Positions 26,056-33,604 of a stretch of DNA of 44,338 bases are shown here, one piece after another. The notes below the pieces were generated by a model. It made no database searches and was not told the origin of the DNA. It saw only the letters and a list, made by a program, of their open reading frames with translations. Made by a program: the position numbers and the translations under genes. Source of the stretch: Coriobacteriia bacterium (lineage in GTDB: Bacteria > Actinomycetota > Coriobacteriia > Anaerosomatales > SLCP01); contig JAVEVF010000002.1 of assembly GCA_034005175.1 (NCBI GenBank), forward strand, positions 1 to 44,338, read 5' to 3'. How positions within the stretch are numbered: position 1 is the first letter of the stretch; each line of letters starts with the position of its first letter.

Positions 26056-28761
26056 CTAGCTCAATGCCGAGATCCTGCCCCAACACCCGTAGGTGTGCGC
26101 CGTGCGATACTCGACGAACTTCCCTGTCCCCGGAGCATGGATGCTCAAGCCCCAACCGATATACAGGCCCACGTGGTGGATGTTCGAAGGGCTCGATGAG
26201 AAGCACAGATCGCCCGGCATAAGCTGCAGAAAGTCGCGGACTCGGAGGGTGGTCGCGCTCCACATCTGACGCGACGTCCTCGGGGCAGACAGGCCCGCCG
26301 CACGGTATGCATGCATCACAAGGCCTGAGCAGTCGAACTGATCGGGCCCGGTCGCGGCCCACACGTACTTCTTTCCGAGCTGCTGTTTCGCCGCGGCAAG
26401 GACGATGTTTCTGACGGTCGCACGCTCCCCTTGCACATCAAACCCGTCCACCACCACGACGTTGTGCGTGCTCGCGGCGTCTCTGGCGCCAAGCACCTGG
26501 ATGGTGAGCGTGTGCCGCGTGTCGGCGAGCCCGTCTGTGCGCCACACCTCTTGTTGGTGGCTGTACGCCGGTGCATACTGGCTCACCGTGGCCACTCGTA
26601 CGCCATCGAGCACGATGCGCACCTGCCCGTAGCTCGGGCCCACCGGACCCACCCACGCCACCGACGTACCGATGAAGGTGAGCGTGATGGCGGCTCCAGC
26701 GCGACTCGAGTACAGATAGGTGCCACCCGACGTCGCGCTCGAGTTCGCGACGGTCCAGCCTCCCGCACGGGGCGCAGCCTTGTCGGCTTCCTCGAAGCGG
26801 CGCGTCGCTGTACCGCGTACGTTGAACCCATCCACCACCACGACGTTGTGCGTGCTCGCGGCGTCTCTGGCGCCAAGCACCTGGATGGTGAGCGTGTGCA
26901 GCGTGCCGGCGAGCCCGTCTGCGCGCCACACCTCTTGTTGGTGGCCGTACGTGCGCGCATACTGGCTCACCGTGGCCACTCGTACGCCATCGAGCACGAT
27001 GCGCACCTGCCCGTAGCTCGGGCCCACCGGACCTACCCACGCCACCGACGTACCGATGAAGGTGAGCGTGATGGCGGCTCCAGCGCGACTCGAGTACAGG
27101 TAGGTGCCACCCGACGTCGCGCTCGAGTTCGCGGCGGTCCACGCGCCGGTGCGCGCCAGTCGATCATCCCGGTCGTCGACCCTAAGGTTGGTGCTCGGCC
27201 AGCGGGATGGGCTGGCACTCACCCCTTCGAACTCGAAACCATCCACGATGACAACGGTCCCGCTGCTCTGCGGCGCTTTGCGCCCCATAACGCGAATCAC
27301 CACAGCGTGGTATCCGTCACGTAATCCCGCGACCGACCACACCGTCTCGCCGAACGACACGGTAGGCGCATAGAGGTCGACGACTCCAACCAAGCGCCCA
27401 TCGAGGTGGACCTCGGCCATGCCATAACCCGGGCCACGCACGCCTAGCCACCGAAACGCGGTGCCCCAAAACGGCACGACGGCATATGCGTCAGCATGCC
27501 GGGCATACGTGTAGCCTCCACCTGAGGCCGACGACGTGCTGCCAACCGTCCAGGTGCCGCTCGCCTTGATGCGAGCATCGCGTTCTTCGAACCGCGGAAC
27601 CAGCAGCTCAACAGCGGCAAATGCATCAACGGCCACGATGGTGCCCTTGCTGGCGACATCCTTCTCGCCCAGAACCTTGATGGTGAGCGTGTGGCGCCCA
27701 TCAGAAAGCCCGTCAATCGACCAGATGACCTGGCGGTGGGAGGCAGCGGGGGCGTACTGGCTCACCGTGGCACGAAGGATTCCGTCGACGTAGACAGCCG
27801 CGCGGCCGTAGTTGGAATAACGGGGGCCGATCCACGTGACACTTGAACCCGAGAACTGCACGTTGAACGTCGAACCAATCGTCCCCGTGTACAGCAGCGA
27901 ACCACCCGAGGCAGCGGATGTTGCTGCAGTGGTCCACCGACCTTCGCGGAATGTGCGAGAATCGCGCTCCTCGAACACCGCAGTGTCTGGGACGGGTGCG
28001 GTCGTGGCCCCAGAGGTCCCATATACGTCAAAGGCGTCAAGGACGATGATGTTGCTTGTGCTTTGTGGGTCTCGTGAGCCGATGATCTTGAGAACCACCG
28101 TGTGTTTGCCGTTGGCAAGCCCGGAGACGGACCAGACGGTTCTCTGATACGCATAGCTAGGGGCGAACTGGCTGACCGTCTTTGCGAGCCCGCCATCTAT
28201 CCGGATCTCGAAGCGGCCGTAACTTGGACCCACAGGTCCGATGACGCTGAAGCCCGTTCCTGTGAATCGGAATGAAACCGTCGCGTTTGCCGCGCTTGAG
28301 TAGCGGTAGGCGCCACCAGATGCCGCAGCCCCGTTCGCTGCGTGCCACGTGCCCGAGTACGCGAGAGAACCATCGTTCTCCTCAATCCGCTCCGGAGTGC
28401 CGACGGCAGGTACCGCGGACAGGGACTGGGCAAGCGATTCGTCCACGGCGGCAGGCGGCTCGTCGGGTCGCTCCGCGGGTTGCTCTGGAAGCTGCTGCGG
28501 CTGCTCGGACGTCTCGTCAGACTCCGCCGGCACGACATCCGCTGGCGCAGAAGTCTCAGCGGAATGCATCGTCTGCGGCTCAGGCGACACCTCGGAGCCA
28601 AAGTCAGCTGCTACTGACTCGTCGGACGGAAGATCGGCGCGGGCCTCCATGGGCGTCGAACAGAGGATGGCGAGAACGCACATACCCGCCAGGAGCACCA
28701 GCCATCGACAAGTGGAGGTGCGCTTGACGGCGTCGTGGATATGGCTGTGCAGTGCAGACAC
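26056..28761 (-). CDS. Secreted NlpC/P60 peptidoglycan endopeptidase with an acidic/Pro-rich linker and five copies of the shared ~125-aa module
   Basis: N-terminal anchor CRWLVLLAGMCVLAILCS. Modules at aa ~125-776. C-terminal NlpC/P60 domain: QLGKKYVWAATGPDQFDCSGLVMHAYRAAGL ... IHHVGLYIG...IHAP. The start lies 2 nt after the stop of the upstream L,D-transpeptidase gene. Confidence 0.9.
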   Translation of the reverse strand: MSALHSHIHDAVKRTSTCRWLVLLAGMCVLAILCSTPMEARADLPSDESVAADFGSEVSPEPQTMHSAETSAPADVVPAESDETSEQPQQLPEQPAERPDEPPAAVDESLAQSLSAVPAVGTPERIEENDGSLAYSGTWHAANGAAASGGAYRYSSAANATVSFRFTGTGFSVIGPVGPSYGRFEIRIDGGLAKTVSQFAPSYAYQRTVWSVSGLANGKHTVVLKIIGSRDPQSTSNIIVLDAFDVYGTSGATTAPVPDTAVFEERDSRTFREGRWTTAATSAASGGSLLYTGTIGSTFNVQFSGSSVTWIGPRYSNYGRAAVYVDGILRATVSQYAPAASHRQVIWSIDGLSDGRHTLTIKVLGEKDVASKGTIVAVDAFAAVELLVPRFEERDARIKASGTWTVGSTSSASGGGYTYARHADAYAVVPFWGTAFRWLGVRGPGYGMAEVHLDGRLVGVVDLYAPTVSFGETVWSVAGLRDGYHAVVIRVMGRKAPQSSGTVVIVDGFEFEGVSASPSRWPSTNLRVDDRDDRLARTGAWTAANSSATSGGTYLYSSRAGAAITLTFIGTSVAWVGPVGPSYGQVRIVLDGVRVATVSQYARTYGHQQEVWRADGLAGTLHTLTIQVLGARDAASTHNVVVVDGFNVRGTATRRFEEADKAAPRAGGWTVANSSATSGGTYLYSSRAGAAITLTFIGTSVAWVGPVGPSYGQVRIVLDGVRVATVSQYAPAYSHQQEVWRTDGLADTRHTLTIQVLGARDAASTHNVVVVDGFDVQGERATVRNIVLAAAKQQLGKKYVWAATGPDQFDCSGLVMHAYRAAGLSAPRTSRQMWSATTLRVRDFLQLMPGDLCFSSSPSNIHHVGLYIGWGLSIHAPGTGKFVEYRTAHTYGCWGRISALS
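26434..28389 (-). repeat. Five tandem coding copies of the shared module; the last two (26434-26799 and 26818-27183) are near-identical at DNA level with a 384-bp period
   Basis: Copies 4 and 5 share ANSSATSGGTYLYSSRAGAAITLTFIGTSVAWVGPVGPSYGQVRIVLDGVRVATVSQYA exactly. Only scattered nucleotide mismatches were seen by eye. Confidence 0.85.
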
Positions 28762-28762
28762 C

Positions 28763-30307
28763 TCACTCCTGCGTGATGACCATCGTTCCTATCGGCACCT
28801 GAGGGAAGAGTTCGAGCACGTCTTTGTTGTACATCCGTATGCAGCCGGCCGATGCCAGCGTCCCTATACTGGACTGGTTGTTCGTGCCGTGAATCAGGTA
28901 GCTCGAGTACACGTACTTGTAGGTTCCATCGGCACGTTTCGTCTGCCGGTAAAGACGCATCTTGCGAGGACCGTAGACGCTGCGCGGATCGGTGATGTAC
29001 TTCGAGTCGATGCGCCACACAGCAACCGGTGTCCAGCCGTTGCGTCCGTGCGCGACGGGGTAGGACTTCACGAGCTGACCATCCCTGTACCAGTGGAGCC
29101 GAAACTCCGACTTGTCGATGACGATGTAGTGGCGCCACGGGTACCGATGCTTCACGACCGGACGTTTGTGGATCTGCGCAATCCCTTTCGCCCGATCCGC
29201 GACCACGTCAAACGCATCGACCACGACAATGGTGCCGGTGCTCCGGGCGTCTTTCTGGCCGGTCACGCGCACGGTGAGGGTATGCGCGGTGTCGGCAAGG
29301 CCCGAGAGCTGCCAGACCACCTTCTGGTGCGCGTACTCAGGCGCGTAGAGGTTCACGCGATTCATGAGCTTGCCGTCGATGTAGGTCTCGGCGCGGCCGT
29401 ACGACGGGCCCACGGGCGCGACCCACGCAATGCGCGTGCCGCGGAAGTGCAGGGTCATGCTCGCGCCCGCGCTCTTCGAGTAGGCGTAGCCTTTTGCCGA
29501 GGCCGCCGAGGTGGCGCCTGCCACCCATGTCCCTTGGCGGACAAGACGCGTGTCGGACTCCTCGGCGCGTACCCGCGCCCCGTAGATCGCGGCTGCGCTG
29601 GCGGCATCACTTGCCACGTCAAACGCGTCGACCACGACGATGGCGCCGGTGCTCCGGGCGTCTTTCTGGCCGGTCACGCGCACGGTGAGGGTATGCGCGG
29701 TGTCGGCAAGGCCCGAGAGCTGCCAGACCACCTTCTGGTGCGCGTACTCAGGCGCGTAGAGGTTCACGCGATTCATGAGCTTGCCGTCGATGTAGGTCTC
29801 GGCGCGGCCGTACGACGGGCCCACGGGCGCGACCCACGCAATGCGCGTGCCGCGGAAGTGCAGGGTCATGCTCGCGCCCGCGCTCTTCGAGTAGGCGTAG
29901 CCTTTTGCCGAGGCCGCCGAGGTGGCGCCTGCCACCCATGTCCCTTGGCGGACAAGACGCGTGTCGGACTCCTCGGCGCGCACCACATCTGCATCGCCGA
30001 ACGACATCGGCGTCACGACGGAGGGCGCAACCGAAACCGTGGGATCGGGGGCATCGGCAACGGTACCGGTCTCTTCGGGAGCGGTCGTGGATGGTTCACG
30101 TGAGACCGACGCGGTGGGCTCGAACGCTGCGACAGGCGCGGTTGCGTCTTCGCTCGCCCATGCCGGCACCGCTGCAACGAGCATGGCAGCGCTCAAGAGC
30201 GCGCCGACTGCCATCCGACATGAGAACCATCTCCGACGTGCGCGCAATGTGATCCCTCCGATTCCATCAGGCCGAGCGTCAGCTACCCTCAGGAACCATG
30301 CTATCAC
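28763..30307 (-). CDS. Secreted YkuD-family L,D-transpeptidase with two copies of the shared module
   Basis: Signal MAVGALLSAAMLVAAVPAWA. Modules at aa ~109-231 and 246-368. C-terminal YkuD domain: LIHGTNNQSSIGTLASAGCIRM (His / Cys-x-Arg catalytic motif). The start may be ATG 30214. Confidence 0.9.
   Translation of the reverse strand: MIAWFLRVADARPDGIGGITLRARRRWFSCRMAVGALLSAAMLVAAVPAWASEDATAPVAAFEPTASVSREPSTTAPEETGTVADAPDPTVSVAPSVVTPMSFGDADVVRAEESDTRLVRQGTWVAGATSAASAKGYAYSKSAGASMTLHFRGTRIAWVAPVGPSYGRAETYIDGKLMNRVNLYAPEYAHQKVVWQLSGLADTAHTLTVRVTGQKDARSTGAIVVVDAFDVASDAASAAAIYGARVRAEESDTRLVRQGTWVAGATSAASAKGYAYSKSAGASMTLHFRGTRIAWVAPVGPSYGRAETYIDGKLMNRVNLYAPEYAHQKVVWQLSGLADTAHTLTVRVTGQKDARSTGTIVVVDAFDVVADRAKGIAQIHKRPVVKHRYPWRHYIVIDKSEFRLHWYRDGQLVKSYPVAHGRNGWTPVAVWRIDSKYITDPRSVYGPRKMRLYRQTKRADGTYKYVYSSYLIHGTNNQSSIGTLASAGCIRMYNKDVLELFPQVPIGTMVITQE
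29204..29983 (-). repeat. Tandem duplication of the module-coding unit, 411-bp period; 29234-29569 is identical to 29645-29980 (336 bp, 100% by direct comparison)
   Basis: Base-by-base reading of both copies. The two identical 63-aa antisense ORFs in the track (29337..29528 and 29748..29939) confirm it independently. Confidence 0.95.
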
Positions 30308-30329
30308 TCGGCACGGCGTCAGGAGCTAC

Positions 30330-31688
30330 CTATTGGTTCGTCTCATCAGACCAATCACTGCCCACTACGACAAGCACGTCCGTCGAGAAGGCATACATCC
30401 CCCGACTCGGGACGAGCCGTCCTTTCGGCAGCGCGCTCGCCACGGTCTGAGCGGCAGACTCATCATCTCGGTAGACGATGAGAGTCTCCTCGTACACGAA
30501 CTGGTTGGCATTGCCAACCTCCTCAACCTGAAAGCCACGCGCCTGCAGACGGGCGGCAGCTTGCGCGGCCACACCGGAGATGCCGGCACCGTTGCGCACT
30601 GATACCGTGATGTCTTCCGGCGCCTTCTCGACCTCGGGGACGTCCTTCGCTTCGATGTCGCCGCCAGCAAGCATCTGACTCACCAGATGGTTCTTCATCT
30701 CCTCGTCAACCCACACGTACGGGCTCTTCCATTCTCCCGGCAACGTCGCTGCCTGGATATTCTCAGTTCCCACGCCCTTGAACGCCTGCGCGAGGTCTAA
30801 GACCTGCGACATGCTCATATCAGTCACCACGTACTTGGAGAGCTCCTTTGCCATCTTCGGAAGCTTGAGGAGATTGCCCCAGCTTGAAGACTGCTTGGCC
30901 AAAGCCTTGAAGAAGTTCTGCTGATGGCGCATACGCGTGAAGTCCGAGTCCGGGAAGTTGCGGCTGCGCACGTATGTGAGCGCGTACTCCCCGTCAAGAA
31001 GCTGGTAGCCTGGCGCGATGTGACGTGCGCGCCGTCCAGGGCTGTGGCTGGCAGCCTTCGCATCGTTGATCTCTACGTCTACGTCGATGTAGATGCCACC
31101 CATCGCATCGACGATCCCTTGAAAGCCCGAGAAGTCAACTTCCATGTAGTGGTTGATAGGCAGGCCCAGGTACTCTTCGACGGTGTCGATCATCAGACTC
31201 GGGCCACCCATAGCAGTGGCAGCGTTGATCTTGTTCACGCCGTGGCCAGGTATCTCCACCCGGGTATCGCGTGGAATAGACAACATCCACACACGGTGGT
31301 CAGCAGGGTCGACGCGCGCCACGATGATGGTGTCTGCCCGTGCGGCCTCCTCGTCAAGCCGAGCATCACTCCCGAGGAGCAAGAGGTTGAAGGGCTGCTC
31401 TGGCTCCTTCTTGGTGAGCGCTACCTGGACCGCTTCATCCGACTTGACGGTCTGTTGCATGCGGCCTTCGATACCGCGCAAGAAGAAGAAGGACCACGCG
31501 GCGCCAGCGACAAGCAGTACGCCAAGCGCAATGGCAACACCGAGGACTATGCGAGTCGTACGCTTGCGACGCCGTTGTCGGCCTGCTCGAGTGCGCGGCG
31601 CAGCTTCAATGGGCGCGGCCGAGCGGTGCTCGGACGCGCGGTCATTCTGCCGCATGCGCCGGCTCCTTGGCGTGTCGTGTCTACCCAT
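30330..31688 (-). CDS. LCP (LytR-CpsA-Psr) family glycopolymer-to-peptidoglycan ligase with a C-terminal LytR_C domain
   Basis: Cytoplasmic basic N-terminus, TM IVLGVAIALGVLLVAGAAWSFFF, then FNLLLLGSDAR....RADTIIVARVDP...VWMLSIPRDTRVEIPG. The C-terminal ITVSVRNGAGISGVAA...GFQV domain follows. Start set at ATG 31688; the track ORF extends to 31790. Confidence 0.9.
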   Translation of the reverse strand: MGRHDTPRSRRMRQNDRASEHRSAAPIEAAPRTRAGRQRRRKRTTRIVLGVAIALGVLLVAGAAWSFFFLRGIEGRMQQTVKSDEAVQVALTKKEPEQPFNLLLLGSDARLDEEAARADTIIVARVDPADHRVWMLSIPRDTRVEIPGHGVNKINAATAMGGPSLMIDTVEEYLGLPINHYMEVDFSGFQGIVDAMGGIYIDVDVEINDAKAASHSPGRRARHIAPGYQLLDGEYALTYVRSRNFPDSDFTRMRHQQNFFKALAKQSSSWGNLLKLPKMAKELSKYVVTDMSMSQVLDLAQAFKGVGTENIQAATLPGEWKSPYVWVDEEMKNHLVSQMLAGGDIEAKDVPEVEKAPEDITVSVRNGAGISGVAAQAAARLQARGFQVEEVGNANQFVYEETLIVYRDDESAAQTVASALPKGRLVPSRGMYAFSTDVLVVVGSDWSDETNQ

Positions 31689-31835
31689 CGTCCTTGCTCT
31701 CTCCTGCCTGGTCCAGTTCCTGGGTGCCAACGGTCTGACGCGCATGGCTGCTCCCAACACGAGCACTGGGACCAGCTCTTCTTCGAGCAACTACCTCGCC
31801 ACAGAACCGCTGCGCGGGTAACGAGCAGGAAACAC

Positions 31836-33134
31836 CTAGAATCGCACGATGTTCGGTGCGTCATACCCTTTGAGCGCGTTTCGCGTGTCAAACACCATCG
31901 CGGCGTTCTCGGCGACCATCCTGTAATCCACGTCGTGGTGTGCCGTGATTATCAGCACGACGTCTGCGCCCGCCACGGTCTCAGGCGTCAACTCCACCGA
32001 CGGCACCTCGGCTCCGCCCACGACGAATGAGGGCACGAAGGAGTCATGGTAAGTCACATCAGCTTGCTTCTCTACAAGCAGTTCAGCGATGCGAATCGCG
32101 GGCGACTCACGCATGTCGTCGATGTCTGCCTTGTAGGCGACGCCGAGGATCAGCACCTTGGAGTCCGCGAGCGGCTTGCGGTGATTGTTCATCGCATCCA
32201 TGAGCCTGTTGATCACGTAATACGGCATGTTCTCGTTTATGCGGCCAGACAGGTCGATGAACTCAGTGCGGAAATCGAACTGCTTGGCCTTCCATGAAAG
32301 GTAGAAGGGATCGATGGGGATGCAGTGCCCGCCGAGCCCTGGTCCCGGGTAAAACGCCATATAGCCGAAGGGCTTGGTCTTCGCCGCTTCGATGACCTCC
32401 CACAGGTTGATGTCCATGCGTTCGCACAACATGAGGAGCTCGTTCATGAGCGCGATGTTCACGCCCCTGAAGGTGTTCTCCAGCAGCTTCGTCATCTCCG
32501 CAGCACGGGTGGAGGTGACGGGGACGACGGTATCGATATAGCGGCTGTAGAGCGCCACAGCAAGGGCGGTGCACTGCGGTGTGACCCCGCCCACGACCTT
32601 AGGGGTGTTTCGAGTCTGGTAGATCGGGTTGCCCGGGTCTACGCGCTCGGGCGAGAACGCCAAGAAGAGGTCGGTTCCCACCTTCAGGCCTCCAGCTTCA
32701 AGGATAGGCTGTATGACCTCCTCGGTGGTGCCCGGGTATGTGGTGGATTCGAGCGTCACCAACATGCCAGCACGCAGATGCGGGGCGATCGAGCGGGCAG
32801 CGTCTTCCATATAGGACGTATCGGGCTCTTTGGTATCGTTGAGCGGTGTCGGGACACACAACGCAATCGCGTCAGTCTCCTTTGCTCGTGAGAAATCAGT
32901 GCTGGCCTCCAGCAAGCCCCTCTCAACAAGATCCGCCAGATCTGAGGTGGGGACATCAGGGATGTAACTGCTCCCAGCGTTCACGAGGTCGACCTTCTCG
33001 GCATCCACCTCAAGACCCACAACGCGGTGTCCTGCCTTAGCCATCTCGACCGCCAGCGGAAGTCCCACATAGCCAAGACCTACAACGCCGAGAACCGCTT
33101 CGCCGCTCTCGATTCGCTCCTTGAGCTCCATCAT
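31836..33134 (-). CDS. UDP-glucose/GDP-mannose-dehydrogenase-family nucleotide-sugar 6-dehydrogenase (probably a UDP-HexNAc dehydrogenase, TviB/WbpA/WecC-like)
   Basis: VLGVVGLGYVGLPLAVEMAKAGHRVVGLEVD, GGHCIPIDP (catalytic Cys context), VLILGVAYKADIDDMRESPA. Start at ATG 33134 with GAGAGGAAG upstream. The track ORF extends into fabZ. Confidence 0.9.
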   Translation of the reverse strand: MMELKERIESGEAVLGVVGLGYVGLPLAVEMAKAGHRVVGLEVDAEKVDLVNAGSSYIPDVPTSDLADLVERGLLEASTDFSRAKETDAIALCVPTPLNDTKEPDTSYMEDAARSIAPHLRAGMLVTLESTTYPGTTEEVIQPILEAGGLKVGTDLFLAFSPERVDPGNPIYQTRNTPKVVGGVTPQCTALAVALYSRYIDTVVPVTSTRAAEMTKLLENTFRGVNIALMNELLMLCERMDINLWEVIEAAKTKPFGYMAFYPGPGLGGHCIPIDPFYLSWKAKQFDFRTEFIDLSGRINENMPYYVINRLMDAMNNHRKPLADSKVLILGVAYKADIDDMRESPAIRIAELLVEKQADVTYHDSFVPSFVVGGAEVPSVELTPETVAGADVVLIITAHHDVDYRMVAENAAMVFDTRNALKGYDAPNIVRF

Positions 33135-33181
33135 CTTCCTCTCGTATGCGCTGCTGCATGCGACACGGTCGAACAATCCTT

Positions 33182-33604
33182 CTATTGTACTGCGAACATG
33201 AGTTGGCCGGAGCACGCGATCTCGTCTCCCACCAGCGCTCTCGCCTCACCGAACCCAATGGCCGCACGCGAACGCACGATCTTCACGTGCATGGAAAGCG
33301 TGTCGCCAGGGCGCACCTGGCGCTTGAAGCGCACCTTGTCGATGCCGGCGAACAGCGCGATCTTGCCCTGATTCTCTTCAAGAGACAACAGTGCGACCGC
33401 TCCCACCTGAGCTAGTGCTTCTACGATGAGGACCCCTGGCATCACCGGATACTCGGGAAAATGTCCCGGCACCCAAAAGGCGTCGTCGCGCACATCAAGC
33501 TCGGCCACCGCGCTCACGCCTGGTTCGTACTCCAACACGCGGTCGACGAACAGGAACGGTTCGCGGTGCGGGATGATGCTCTTGATGGCGTCCCTATCAA
33601 ACAT
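33182..33604 (-). CDS. fabZ: 3-hydroxyacyl-ACP dehydratase FabZ
   Basis: IIPHREPFLFVDRV..., PGHFPEYPVMPGVLIVEALAQVGA, FAGIDKVRFKRQVRPGD. Start at ATG 33604 overlaps the murA 3' end by 8 nt. The track's 248-aa ORF has a non-homologous N-terminal extension. Confidence 0.9.
   Translation of the reverse strand: MFDRDAIKSIIPHREPFLFVDRVLEYEPGVSAVAELDVRDDAFWVPGHFPEYPVMPGVLIVEALAQVGAVALLSLEENQGKIALFAGIDKVRFKRQVRPGDTLSMHVKIVRSRAAIGFGEARALVGDEIACSGQLMFAVQ

Noticed and set aside
26434-29983. Regularly spaced DNA repeats (384-bp and 411-bp periods) as a possible CRISPR array or mobile/IS remnant
   Set aside because: The repeat units are hundreds of bp long, directly abutting, in frame and protein-coding (module duplications). 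There are no short repeat/spacer alternation, no terminal inverted repeats and no cas or transposase genes.
28349-30103. 584-aa + strand ORF, and the other long + or alternate-frame ORFs over 26.4-30.6 kb (for example 26431..27324 +, 26438..27142 -, 29922..30602 +)
   Set aside because: They are antisense or out of frame to the NlpC/P60 and L,D-transpeptidase genes, whose translations carry clear catalytic motifs. The products are Arg/Gly/His-rich with no motifs. Their apparent internal repeats merely mirror the coding duplication on the other strand.
30214-30307. Possible twin-arginine (Tat) signal RARRRWFSCRMAVGALL at the L,D-transpeptidase N-terminus
   Set aside because: It depends on an uncertain upstream start. 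The motif deviates from S/T-R-R-x-F-L-K, and a plain Sec signal starting at Met 30214 is equally compatible.
30924-32030. 368-aa + ORF, and similar ORFs at 40662..41639 + (325 aa), 42465..43484 + (339 aa) and 5305..6156 + (283 aa)
   Set aside because: They are antisense to the LCP/dehydrogenase, atpB, wecA-like and GT4 genes respectively. Composition is biased and no family signatures are present.
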